From the NCBI GenBank assembly GCA_002189035.1, contig NEEC01000007.1, forward strand, positions 2,232,001 to 2,296,000: a stretch of 64,000 nt of DNA, in the 5' to 3' direction. Below are positions 13,680 through 26,871 of the stretch, piece by piece. The notes beneath the pieces are model-generated. The model saw nothing but the letters and a program-made list of their open reading frames with translations. It had not been told where the DNA came from and did no database searches. The translations under genes were made by a program, and so were the position numbers. The number at the start of each line of letters is the position of its first letter. Within the stretch, counting starts at the first letter, position 1. Source of the DNA: Utricularia gibba (taxonomy: Eukaryota > Plantae > Magnoliophyta).

Positions 13680-15218
13680 CTAAGAATAAATATCAGCAAC
13701 ATTGAAAAGTGTGTGAATCCAATGACAATCTAATCAAACAAGGAAAAGAACTCGAAATACTCATATGAATGAAAGAGGATAGCAAAAGTATGTCTCAGGA
13801 TTGCACAAGATATGCTATGACTGCTAGAAATCCAGGTATAATTAAGGCGTCTAACACAGTTTAACTCTTCACAGTTAAAAAAAATAAACGACAAGCCTTT
13901 CTAAACTATCACATTCACAAACCTTCGGTCTCCAGAAAGAATATTTGAACTCATTGTCTAATCCCACTGCACAGGTCATCAAATTAACTTGATACGGTCT
14001 GAATAAGAAAGGAAAATATATTAATGAGAGGCTAAAGGGGGACAAATGGCGATATCCACATTCCCCAGTTAGTACTACAGGGTTTGACTTGACCACAAAA
14101 CCAAAGAACCAACAACTCAATCTTCAATAGTTAACATTTAAACAAGTAGGAGAATCAGGCTAAATAGCATAAAAGTAGGCGTTTTACAGAACTGCCAGAG
14201 TTCAGTTTTTTCAGGGGAATTCTGCAAGGTTTTCAGACTTTCGGCAAATAGAAATAAAATATAGACTCAAAACCCCCTCAAGTACTAACCACCCCAGCAA
14301 TTTCCACCACTAATGAGTGTAAACGTGAAAAATAAAACACTGAAACCCTAAACCAACTAACATCCACAGCAATCAAGCGTACATCGAGCACACAAAAACG
14401 AGATCCATGGATAGAAAACTAAAAATCACCAGAATAAAGATTCGATGGGATCGATAAGCGAGATATTAAGATCAGCCAAGCGTGTATTTTGAACTAAGAA
14501 AAGCGAGAACAATCCTGTCAGAATAAAGATAAAATTGGCTCCGACGGAAAACTCAAACAGTAGATGGAGTCGCAGCGGTGTTCCGGTTGATAGGAGCACG
14601 GCTGGGCTGTGTCGCGGTGGAAGCACGAAGATCGGTGAAGAGGAAGAAGCCGGGGAATGAAACGAAGCAATCTCACGGTAAAAATATAAACAATAGGGAT
14701 AATAATATCGTCATATAACCATCGTTAAGCTTAAGCGTGATTAACCGTTAACACGATTATTACTTCTAAGTATCTTAACCCTTTCAGGGCTGCGCTTACA
14801 TTGGTGTGCAAGATTTACGCGGTAATGCACGATTAAACTTTTAAGTAGTATTATTAACTTACTGAATGTTTTAAATTACAACTTTAAAAAAAACGCATTT
14901 TCTTAACAATCATTACAAAAACTATTTATTGCCTGCATGGGAGCCCGATGGCGGAACTAACCAGACTGAGTTTCATTCATATTGTGCACTTATTCAGGTC
15001 ACCTAGGATGGATAATATATGTAAACCTGGTCATCGTTTTGGGAACAGTTGATGGGAGGCATTTTGAAGCACAAGCTTGGGAAAAATCTAGCATCATTCA
15101 ACACAATGATTTGGTGGTCAAATCTAGGATTCACACTTTCGCTAGCCTTTTTTTTAGGAAGTTTGTACCTGTGATTTATGCTTGCTTTCATGCCGTTTTT
15201 CTTTTTCTTCGAGCTTCT

Positions 15219-17290
15219 CTACGTAAGTTTTTCAGTGTCCTCATCCTCGGATTCATCATCCACCTCACCGTTCCATAGCCGGGGTTTTTGTCTTGCTTCA
15301 ATGCCATCTTCTCTCTGAAAAGGGAAGACAATTCTGAAATCGAATATGGAGAACACGGCGATATGGCAGTTCAAGGAGGTGGACGTTACCTCATCTGGAA
15401 CATCTGCTGTCGCAGGCATCACTTGGAAGGGGACACTAGGGACATGTTGGATTTTAGAAATTTGTTCCAGTATCATGTTCCTGAAAATTCAAGAAATACA
15501 TCAATAAACATATATATATGACTGTGCTACTAAAGCCCAAACAAAAGCAGAGACAGCATTCTTGGCACTACCTTGAAATGCAATTCAGATATTTTGTAGT
15601 CCTAAGTGCACGAATGAACAGGATTGCGGAACAAATCACCCAAAAGATACTAAAAAATATACTTTTACTAAACTAAAAAAATATGTACCTTTACTAATTC
15701 CGATTATTCCTCTTATTTAATAACCAATAAAAATAAGCAGCTGATAACCATTACGTGCAGAAGTATAGACCAGATTTGTGTAATCGATTGTGTAAGAAAG
15801 AAGGCTACCGTATCTTTTCAAGATCTCTCTCTGTATTCAGATTTTCCATTCGTTTTGGCTCAATATGAAGGGTATAATCCGGCCCAAAGTACTCATAGTA
15901 CTCATTGTATGGCAAGTTATTTGATGGTTCCACATCCACAGCAACTGCAGTCTACGCAAAGGAAAAGCATGCTAAGTCAGGACACCACTAGACAAAAATG
16001 ACTGTCATTGTTATTCCAAGGCATTGCCAAAGGCTTTCATTTTCAAACAAAGCCATGGTTTCCTATGCGATTGCAGATTCAATAAGATTTGTGCATTCGT
16101 TATTTAAATATATCTACACAAATTTGAAAAGAGTTTTGAACGAATATTTTGGATAAAAACAGAAGTTAGCCTGCTCAAGAATTAATCTTAAAAGCAAATA
16201 AACAAGGAGAAGAAAACAAACCAAGAGGGTAAAGACTGACCTCATAGCACCAGCAACGAGCAACATTCCGGATCGTATATCCCCCACCACCCAAAACCAT
16301 GAGGGGTACATTGAACGACCTCAAGAAACGAAGGCAGTCTGCATGACCTTTCACAGACAAATTAAAACACCCTAACCTGTCACCAGCTAATGAATCCGCC
16401 CCACATTGAAGCACAACAGCTCCAGGCTGATAAACCTCCATAACTTTCTGGATAATCGGACGAAACAAACTTCTGAAATTATCATCATCTACCCCATCAT
16501 TTAGTGGAACATTAACAGCATAATACTTCCCTGATCCCGCCCCAGTGTCCTTAATATGCCCAGTTCCAGGGAAAAAATCTCCAAATTTGTGAAATGATAC
16601 TGTCATCACTCTGTCTGTGACGTAAAATGCCTCCTCGACGCCATCACCATGATGAATATCAATGTCTACGTACAGTACACGCTGCCACGGAGCATAGGAC
16701 ATTAGCAACTAATTGAAAGAAAGGGGTCGAGTTCACAGATTAGTTGGCACCTGGTGAACTTTTAGTAGTTCGAGAATTCCAAGAACAATGTCATTAACGT
16801 AGCAAAACCCCGAAGCCTCGCTCTTCTTCGCATGGTGCAAACCCCCTGCCCAATTGATAGCAATATCAGCATCCTGCCTGTTGAGCTTCACGGCAGCACC
16901 GATTGAACCGCCGGCTGAGGCCTGGCAGAAGTTGAAAAGGCCGTCAAATACGGGACAATCCTCTCCAACACTGAAACGCTTGAGATGGCGCGTATGAACG
17001 TAGTCTTGAACTGCATCAGGGGAAACGGTTGCCAGAAAATCGACGTACTCCGTCGAGTGAAAGCGGCGTATGTCGTCCCTTTCAGCAGGGAAAGGGCGAC
17101 TGATCTCCATGCGCCGGTGAAGGGAGTAATGCACGATTAGGTTGTGCGCCATGCGTATGCGGTGAGGCTTCATCGGATGACCTTGCCCGTAGTAGTAATC
17201 CCCAATTGATGGCTCGTAGAAGTACGACACGCGCCGCTTACGCGCGTCCGGGCAAGAGGACGGCAGCGAATTGCCGCCGCCAGAGTCCAT
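15219..17290 (-). CDS. HDA6: RPD3-class histone deacetylase, HDA6-like; multi-exon
   Basis: [79 protein letters not shown]; acidic tail ending in TAG at 15219-15221. Confidence 0.92.
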
Positions 17291-18536
17291 CTTGAAATTC
17301 CCACGATTTTATAATGGGATAAGAAACGGGAAAGTCTACTCCTCCGTGCGCTTCTTGGAACCTAGGGTTCCGGCCGATTTTGCAGTGCCGAAATTGGGCG
17401 TGTAATTAAATTTTTTGATATAAACGTCAGTCCGTAAGGAAGCCGTTGGTTTGACTAAACCTGTTTTGACACATTATAATATAGTTAAAATAATTGAATG
17501 AATATAAATAAAATATGTAATAAATTTTTATTTATAATAATAAAACTATTTGAATTTACGGCAAATATACATTTGTTATAAATGTTTAAAAATGAATATT
17601 TATGAATAAATCACTAATTAAAAATTTTACACAAATTTAGAAAAATCCGAAATGTATTTGTGTAAATCATCATGAGTTATGAACATATTCAGAAAAAAGA
17701 TTCGCATATTTACCTTAGATACGTAAGTTAAAAAATAAAATTATAAATTATAAGGTATTGAGAATATAAATTTAAATAAGTTCAAGACTACACTGTCCTT
17801 TTTAATTTCATGATACCTAGCTTTATTTAAAATTATATATCCATTTTTAATCCCGACAATATTATTCAAAAAAATTAATTTAACCAGATCATCTTTATTT
17901 AAATCTAAGTAAATTAAACTCATTTTATCCCATTTTGATCAACCAAAAACTATCTAAATGTATTTTGATTCCTAAACTTATGGATTCACCTCTCTAAATT
18001 TACTTATCCAAGGTGTATTTTCTCTTAAAGACAAAAACATATTTGTCAATGAATTATTTATAAAAGAGACAGAAAACGACTCATAACTAGACGCTTCGTC
18101 GGGGACAGGCTCTGGGTGGGTTAGCTTCTCGGGTAAGAAAACTTGGCATTTTCTCAATATTTTATTATTTTTTATTTCTTGGCTTGGGAAGGACGTCAGG
18201 TCTTGAACAAGTATTTTGTCCAATTACATTTCTACCCCGCCGCGAGACTACTCCTCGACTGTCTTTTTATAGATCGTTTCTCCCATTGTCTTGCTATCTC
18301 GGACACGCGGCTCACGGCTACGCGACGATCGCCAGAGAAATCATTCGTCGGTGAGGGGACTCTGACATCTTCTACTGTTTCTATATCATCGGAGTTTCTT
18401 TGTTGTTTGATTCCGGATTGAAAGGTTTTCGTTTGATTTGATTTGATTTGTGGATGGAACAAACCAGGGCGGGACACTGTGTTTTTAATCTGCGGCTTAC
18501 TCGGAACGCGGTTGAAAGCTTTTGATTTATCTAGCT

Positions 18537-21500
18537 ATGGCGAGCTCTTCTTCTATTGTCGTTAAGGTATTCTCTCCACTTCTTGCAATCTCTACACCTC
18601 ATGCTTTTTCTTTCGTAGCCCGTAGGTGTTATGGTGTGTGACTATAGCTAGAGCTTTCGAGTGGGTGTTTTCAGAGTTCTGATTTCACTTGGTCTCGAAG
18701 GAATTTTACTCCCTTTCGTAAATTTCTGTTCTGGCTGTTTTTTTTGTAAATATAAGTTTTCTTGATGATCCCAGGTTTTTTCGTCTGGGGGTCAAATTTT
18801 TCATCCTTTTTTTGCCCTCAGCTCCCCACATCTTTCTGTGTGCTGTTTAACAATATATGCGTAACAATAACTGTGAGGAGTTTCAGTATTTGAGATATTT
18901 TCTGATTGCATGACGCAGGAGTATCATGCATCTGATGAGTGGATTAATTCCTGTTGTTTCACGGAATTTCGTTAATATCTGTTCTTAATGATGATAATGC
19001 ATTTAGTAGGTTTTTTAATAATGTTTAAAGGTTGATGAGTTTTTTTTCTTATTTTTTTTAAACGTTTTGATAGCTGTTTTTCATTTTGTAATGAACCATG
19101 GATCATAATTATGTTGCACCTCTTCACTATTTCGTCAATAATTTTTGTACAGGTGAAGTATGAAGATATTCTTAGGCGTTTCACCACACAGATTGCTGAT
19201 GGAAAACTCGTTCTCAATATGTCTGAACTGAAAGAGAAGATTCGTTCTTTCTTCAACTTTGGTCCTGGTGCTGATATTTCGCTGACATATATCGATGAAG
19301 ATAATGATACGGTTAACCTTGTTAATGATGATGATCTTCACGATGCGGTTCAGCAGGCCCTGAATCCATTGAGGATCACGGTGAAACTCAATTCTGATGT
19401 GAATGGTAAAAAGCACATTGATACGAATGGGAAATTAGCTCGGGATCTCGGGGATACCATTTCTGCTGTTGTTTCTGAACATCTAGATAATGTTCATGAG
19501 CCTCTAAGAGGAATGCTGTCACAGATTTCAAATGATTTGGCATCTAATTTATCCTCAATTCCACCTGGACCTATCTCTGAGCTTGTTGATCATTTCTCAA
19601 AAGCGGGCATTTCCTACTTGGGTAAGCATTCAGGAAACCAACCTAGCCAGAGGGATCCCAGTACTACTGAGAACACTCCACCTCAATTCTCGGACTTTTC
19701 TGGTGGTGTTGTGAAGATTCTATCCGAAGTAATGACTGAGCTGTCTTCCAAAGGCAAAGAAAAATTCCAAACTGGGATGGGAGGAAATATGCCAAGTTCT
19801 TCTGCAACTGCAAATGGTGCGGTTGGTGCTGAAAACACTAACTTTGCACATCCTAGCAGTGTTTGCCCACCAGTGCAAACCAAATCAGGTCCGTTTCCAG
19901 ATTAATGAAGCTAAAGTCCTGTTATGATTCAAATATGCGCAAAGAGTTCTTTTTTTCTCGTACTCATGTAATTATTTGCTTATTCTTGAAAAGTGCAGAT
20001 GAAGTCGGGGATGCTGGAAGGGAGGCGCATGAGCCTAGCGCTCCTAGCTCAATACAATTTCCCTTTGATAATTGGCTTCCTATTCCTGCACAGTTATCTG
20101 GCTCATCTTATAGAAATGGACCTCCATTTGGCTGTCCTTTTTCTGGAATTCCAGTTAATGATGAATGTGCTGCCCCAACCGCTCAATTGTGGAAACATGG
20201 ATTTGGAAATAATGGTAAATGCATCCATCGAGGGATCCGATGTGATGGTTGTGGCGCCTACCCCATAGTAGGACCTAGATACAAGTCAAATGTGTGAGTG
20301 AAGTGGTCGCTTGATAAGTATCCCTTTGAGCTAGCTAGTTAACAAGAATTTTCAGCTGATGCTGTTCCATTGTGCAGGAAACACGACTATGATCTGTGCA
20401 GCACTTGCTTTGACAAAGAGGGAAATGACAATGATTACACTAGAATGGATTTACCTGGTGTTTACTTTCCGCATTTCAAGGGTCATCATGATGGTGTATG
20501 GGTCTAACATTTCACTTTACAAATATAACAGCGTCATTACTTATGTTTTCTTTATGAATGACAGCGAGGCAGACACCGAGCTGGATTACACCAACGTCTA
20601 CACAGAGGCTGCAAGGCCAAAAATGGTGCTGTGAAGCTCGACAGTCGCTTCATTATGGATGTCAATGTGTTTGATGGCACTGTTATGCCACCTTTGACCT
20701 CATTTACAAAGATATGGAGGATGAGAAACAACGGATCTGTGGCATGGCCTCCAAAAACGCAACTCGTTTGGTTGGGAGGAGATAAATTGAGCCATGCAAA
20801 TGCTGTTGAAGTAGAGGTGAGTTCTGACGCTTCTTTTTTATGTATTTTAATTTTTTCTACTTAGTTGAATACGTTATTTCACGTCCTTTTTCTGTGGTAC
20901 TGTTACCGGTTAGTCTGTTTTTAAGTTTCCGAGTGGACTGTCGTACAATCGGTGTTATGATACTGTCCTTTCCCTGGTACAGCATAACATTTTATCATAT
21001 TTTTCCAGATTCCTTCTGCTGGCTTGCCGGTGGATCAGGAGCTTGATGTGGCAGTTGATTTCGTTTCACCTACCCTTCCTGGTCGATATGTCTCATACTG
21101 GAGAATGGCTTCTCCATTTGGCCAAAAGTTTGGACAGCGTGTCTGGGTTCTAATTCAGGTAAACCACATTTAGTTCTCTCATTCAAGCTCATATATGATT
21201 GTTATCTCAAGGCTTTCTTTTCTTCTGCCCCATCAGGTGGACGCTTCTGCTAATGAGTCACCAAACGGAAGCGTTAGGGACCTGAACCTGAATATGCCTC
21301 CTCTGAACCCCGGTGATACCCTCCAAGTAGTTCCGGAAACTGGTGGCACTGCTCAAGAACCTCCAGTTCTGGACAGCCACTCCAAAACCGATAGGCTCAA
21401 GAAAATGGTGAATGTTGAGGAGGAAGCACCTGTGGATCCAAAGGCAAACAACTTTGACCAGGAGTTGCAGTTCCCCATCAACAACACCTTGCTAGTTGGT

Positions 21501-22009
21501 GACGGTGCATCAACATCAGCCCCCCCTCCTGTCACCCCATCAGCTCCATACCCTATCATTGATCTGTCTGATGTTCGTGCCCCATCACCAACCGGGGCAC
21601 CGGAAAATATTCCACAAAAACCAGATGAAGAACCTGGCGCACTTGAGGAAATGCTCCTCAAGGAGCTGGATGAGATGGGGTTCGAGCACATCGACCTGAA
21701 CAAGGAGGTACTCAGGATGAAGGAGTACGATATGGAACAGACTGTGGATCAGCTCTGCGGCGCTTCCGACTGGGATCCTCTCCTTGAGGAGCTTCAAGAA
21801 ATGGTGAGTCCCTCCCTCCCCATTAAAACATTCTCTTGATGGCTGGCTGGTCAGGTCACCTTCCCACATAGAAACCGGTGGCTTTCAGTTAACAAATGAA
21901 GTGTCTGCAGGGCTTTCACGATAAGGACCTAAACAAGAAGCTGCTGGAGAAGAACAACGGGAGCATACAGCGTGTTGTCCTGGATCTCGTTGCTGGTGAG
22001 AGAGCTTGA
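18537..22009 (+). CDS. NBR1: Selective autophagy receptor NBR1/Joka2 (PB1, ZZ, FW, 2x UBA)
   Basis: First exon MASSSSIVVK, PB1 LTYIDEDNDTV, ZZ HRGIRCDGC...DYDLCSTC, FW FTKIWRMRNNG/YWRMASPFGQKFGQRVWVLIQ, LIR-containing WDPLLEELQEM, final UBA GFHDKDLNKKLLEKNNGSIQRVVLDL. Confidence 0.95.
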
Positions 22010-22047
22010 TGATGTCCATGGACACAAGATACATATCTTGTGTCTGC

Positions 22048-22095
22048 CTACTACTACTACTACTACTACTACTACGTGCGTGCGTGCGTGCGTGC
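22048..22095. repeat. Compound microsatellite (CTA)9-(GTGC)5 in the NBR1 3' UTR
   Basis: Read directly from the sequence. Confidence 0.9.
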
Positions 22096-22602
22096 TGAAT
22101 AAGGGCGGTTCTCGTTGATCCTACTCGTCCCCTGGGGTGCTCAGTGTTCATCCCCCATGCTCATCGCTATCCTCCTTGTGTGCCATGGGAATGGTCTTGT
22201 ACTTTTATGTGATTAATCACCAGACTGTGTGATGTTATGTTGTGTGTAAATGCTGGTAAATAATCATAAAAAAACAAAATTCGAGTTGATTATGTTCATA
22301 TTTCCATTTAATAGTTTTAAAATTGAAATTCAAATCATTTTATGATTTATTTAAGATTTTAAATTAAATTCCATTTATCAAAAATGAAATATTTTTATAT
22401 TTAATTTGAATTGAATTTACCTCGGATTTCAAATTTTAAAACACTGCATTCTACCTTATTGAATGATACAATCACTCATTTCAGAGGGTTACGTAGAAAT
22501 TAACTGCGCACGTTCAAATTAACCTGCTGACTCGGCTTACGTGCACATGCATGCACCACCAACTCGCCAAGTCTCCTTTTACATATGTGTTATCTTACGC
22601 AG

Positions 22603-25296
22603 TCAGTGTCTCCGTGAATGATCCCTCGTGAAAAACGGATGTCTTAGCGCTTCCAAAGCAGACAGCCTCTCGTATGGATCGAACTTGAGAAGTCCCTTCA
22701 GGAGGTGTATAAGGTCACCGGCGGAGTGATCAACGTGTTCCATGATCAGATTCTGAAGCCTGGGCAACTTCATGACCGCTTTTATGCTGTCTGACGAGGT
22801 TGCTCCATCCGGCCAGTTCAACTCCCCCCTACGGATGTATTTCTCTGAATGTCGGCTGCAAATCCTTGTAGTCACACAACCATCAGCAACGCTGAGCGGA
22901 GAATGTTTAATAAGTGAGAGCTGAGATGCTTCTGTTGCTTACTCTGCTTTCCTAAGCATGTGTGAGGAGAAGGTCCCAAGGACTCGTTCCATCATCGCAA
23001 GGTGCTCCAGATTTTCATGCGTCTGGAACAATGCCTCGCCCTGGAGACAGACGTCAACCAATTTAAATTTAGGATGGAGAAACTAAAACATGTTAGCCAA
23101 CATATCATGCAAATAGTGTACCGAGCAAAGCTCCACTAAAATACATCCCACACTCCATATGTCACATGGATAACTCCATCCCAACCCTGTTCAGCAGACG
23201 CAAGGATTACACATTGCGGTTCATAGGAAGCTAAAAAGGATGAGCAATTTATTTGATCTCAAATCACCTAAAATCACTTCAGGCGCTCGGTAGTGTCGAG
23301 TTGAAACAATATATGTCTGATCCTGCCTATCGTATATTGTGCTACCGAAGTCAATTACTTTGATTGCACTTGACTTTGGGATTCTCTTGTATGAACTATC
23401 TTTCAATGAGCGTGACGAGACCTGAAGATATGTCATTAGGCAATAATTTCAATATCAACATAGCAGGTGAGGCTGAAGGTTAAACAACATGCAACTACCT
23501 TGAAGTCCGGCACTTTCAGGTACTCCGATGATACAAGAAGAATATTTTCAGGCTTCAAGTCCGTATGTATGAGACGCAACTCGTGCATGACTGAGTGTGC
23601 AAGACACATGGGGAAAAATATAAGATAGCAGGCCTTGAGCCCATGCTAAAAGCTGAGATGTAAATAATCTTCAAGGTTTCCAGGCATCAAATAATCACCA
23701 AGGCCTACTGGCTGGTTTTGAATAAGAGCATTATGCTAGGTGTAAGAAACTATTTACACACATGCTACACATTCCAGCAGTTGTCTGCCAATCTCACGGA
23801 CAAGATCAATGGGAAATGGGCGATAATTGTTTTTGCGTAGAAAATCATATAAACTTGGCCCAAGCTTCTCAAAGACCTGTTGAAACCATTTAAGCCCACT
23901 GACAACTTTAATTCCTGTTTATTGGTTAGGTGGGTAAATGAATCCACCAAGTCAACTATGTACTTACAATACAGATATGGTTACGATAGTCAAACCAGTT
24001 CCGTATTTGAACACAACTGCAAGGAATAAATTTGTTCAACAACAAGAAGACCACACGAGCATGTTGCATCTAGCAAGTACTAAATAAGGAACTTACTGAT
24101 TTCCAGCTCTGAAATGTTTACCAAGTTGCTGTAGCACTTCTACCTCCATCATTGCTGCCTCACGATACTTCTTAATACCACGAACAATCTTAATAGCTAC
24201 CATTTCCTTTCTTTCCCTATCCCAGCACTCAAGGACTTGGCCAAAAGTGCCTGAGCGGAAGCCACTATCATTACATTCGGAAAATACCACCATTCAACTA
24301 AATAAATGAGCGAACAACTGCAGTATCATACCTTCACCCATCTTGCCATGAATTTTATCTGCGAAAAGATCAAATCATATACGTATCAGGATCGCGCAAT
24401 ATACACATGCCCACAAACTCACAACTATTTCACTTCATGCTGTGCAATTCAAACTAGGTAAAGCATGATAAAGTATTCTACACAATCTAAAAATAATTTA
24501 CGCAATAAGGTTCTAATGATGGTGGAAGCAGTTACAGCGAGGGGTTAGATTTTCTCCAATCTCAAATTTATAGTGGCCATCTTTATCATCTTCTCGCCAA
24601 GGTGGGGAACCATTTCGAGCAACGCCCTTAGCAAGCATAAAACTTGGATGATCTGAAAGTGTAGTTGCACTTTCATATCTTGGCATATTCCCAATCTCGT
24701 GTCCAGAAAACAACGTTATCTGAGCCTACACATAGGCATCCATTTACATTTTCCACGAAATAGATAAAATCATCAATATTTTACCTCTACGGTTTGTATC
24801 ACTGCACCAACAAACCAAAAAAAAAAAAAAAAAAAAAAACAGAGAGCAAGAGTTCTTGAAGAATAGCATAACTTCATGTAGATACTTCTCTGGATTGACT
24901 CTCAGGATTATCCGCAAAAACGAACAACAGAAGAGATTCAATCGTGTCCAGTGTGAAAAAAAAAGTTAATATCATGTCAAAAACGGAAAAGGATCCATCA
25001 AAAACCACACGAACCACCATCTCCAAGGACCAACCTCAAGATTACTTTTCTATTCGTTTTTTAAATGGAAAAAAACATATTACCACTTTATCCATACCTG
25101 ATCCAAAGCAAAACCCTACAGCCCAATCAGATATACAAAAAAAAAAAAAAAGCTGCAAACCAAACGTGAAAAATGCAAATTTCAATTATCTGATAAAATT
25201 TACCTGAGGAGGTTGAGGAAGAACATCCCAGCCCAAACGCACCCTCTTCTTCGGACGCCGATCCATGGAAAGCTCCATCAGTTGTTCCATTTCCAT
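22603..25296 (-). CDS. AFC2: LAMMER/CLK SR-protein kinase, AFC2-like; multi-exon
   Basis: Exon 1 [93 protein letters not shown]. Confidence 0.92.
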
Positions 25297-26322
25297 ATCC
25301 TGATAGAGAATTATTCCGGACAGCCCCAATTTCTAAAGAGATAATTCTAGGGTTTCGAGAGAGAGAACCGCACAAAAGAAATATTCGCGTTGCATTGAGG
25401 CTGAGGCTCCAAAGACACTACTACTGTATTTATATTGACTTTAAAGTTCCCAAACAAATGGGTTGAAAAGAATCGAGCCGTCCACGTGGCAAATCCCACT
25501 TGCTTTTCTTTTCCTTTTTTTTTAAATCTTATTCAATGCATAAATATTTTTAGAAGTAATTTTGATGAGAAACAGAAAAAAAAGAAATAATTCTGAAAAG
25601 GGGATGCAGTAATTAATTTTTCAAATAAGAAATAAAATATGATGTACATTTTGGTTTTTTAATATTAAGCATAGTAATTGAAAATGGACTAGTATAATGA
25701 TGCATGTAATTACTTAAGACATGTTTTAAATTTTTCTTCTTTCACTTTTTCCTTTATTGAACAACAGATGTGCAACATGACATGTATCTCTCAGGCATGT
25801 CATGCAAATGCTAGAATATAATTTTTCTAAAGGGATTTTTTTAATTTTTAATTATTTGTACCAAAATCAAAAATTTAAATTCTATGATTAATTTTAAAAA
25901 TTATTGAATATATTTTAGTAATTAAATATGTTATTCATTTTTTATCTAATCTAAAAATATATTTATATATGTAGTATTGAATTATATAAACTTTTATAAT
26001 ATATATTTTATTTTATTCAATTTTATAATATAATTTTATATTATCCCAAAAAAAAATTTTACAATCTTAAAATAATTTGTATTCTACTTACATAATAGAT
26101 CCAAGGAACTTCAATCAAATCCATCTATTCAGATGCTAGGACATGATTTTTTTTATTTATGATCATTTATTTTGTAAGAACGACTTCATGTAAGAAGCAA
26201 ATTGCCTTTAGTTTGAGCATAAGAAAAAAATGTTGCTTTCTTTTAGTGACAAAGCATTTCCCTCACCTTATCTAACCCCTGAAAGATCCCATGGTTAAAC
26301 TCAAGCAACTTTTCATCTTTTT

Positions 26323-26871
26323 CTATGGCAATGCAGCTTCCAGTTTGGTTGCAATGAACAGAGTCTCTAGCAGATCAGTGTAGCAATCCTGCCCCTGCCC
26401 ATCTTTCCCCTTGCTGCATGCCTGGACCTGAGAGTACGCAGCAGCAACAGACGCCTTCAGCTCATCACGGCGGTTGTCCTTGAGGCTCGCGACAGCTTTG
26501 TTGATGTTTTCTTGGAGACTGGGACCCTGGGTAGCGTCTGTAACGCAGGAACCCGCGCCTGCAGCCTCTGGCTTTGCATTCGCCGCGAGCGCATCCGCCA
26601 CCTTCTTGGCGGAGTCTAAGGTGTATTGAGTGAATCCCATGACATTGGTCTTGAGGTTTTCCGGGGCGCCTTCCAGGAAGAGATCGCAGTCCATTCCATC
26701 GACAGGAGGATTCGCGTCCTTGTAGAGGCAGGCCTGGTTTATGTACTTGGTCCCGGTGGGATCCAGCCGCAGAGTGGTTTTAATCGGAGGTTGGTTTCCG
26801 GCGCTCGACGATGGGTTGATGCAGGCGATACAGAGGAGCACTGCGTAGGCGTAGAAGGATGACGGCGGCAT
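26323..26871 (-). CDS. Secreted cysteine-containing protein, probable divergent PMEI/invertase-inhibitor fold; intronless
   Basis: ATG 26871 followed by a hydrophobic signal-like segment (FYAYAVLLCIAC). Cys spacing INQAC...MDCDLFL, GSC...NINKAVASL, AAAYSQVQAC resembles the four PMEI cysteines. GC-rich ORF inside AT-rich flanks. Confidence 0.6.
   Translation of the reverse strand: MPPSSFYAYAVLLCIACINPSSSAGNQPPIKTTLRLDPTGTKYINQACLYKDANPPVDGMDCDLFLEGAPENLKTNVMGFTQYTLDSAKKVADALAANAKPEAAGAGSCVTDATQGPSLQENINKAVASLKDNRRDELKASVAAAYSQVQACSKGKDGQGQDCYTDLLETLFIATKLEAALP

Noticed and set aside
17978-18477. ORFs between the divergent HDA6 and NBR1 genes
   Set aside because: Non-ATG starts, no motifs; the region looks like promoter and 5' UTR.
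24744-25207. ORFs inside the long first intron of AFC2
   Set aside because: Low-complexity, T/A-run-rich intron sequence; I could not support a poison exon from sequence alone.
25790-25825. Short inverted repeat catgacatg...catgtcatg
   Set aside because: Stem too short for a miRNA precursor or MITE.
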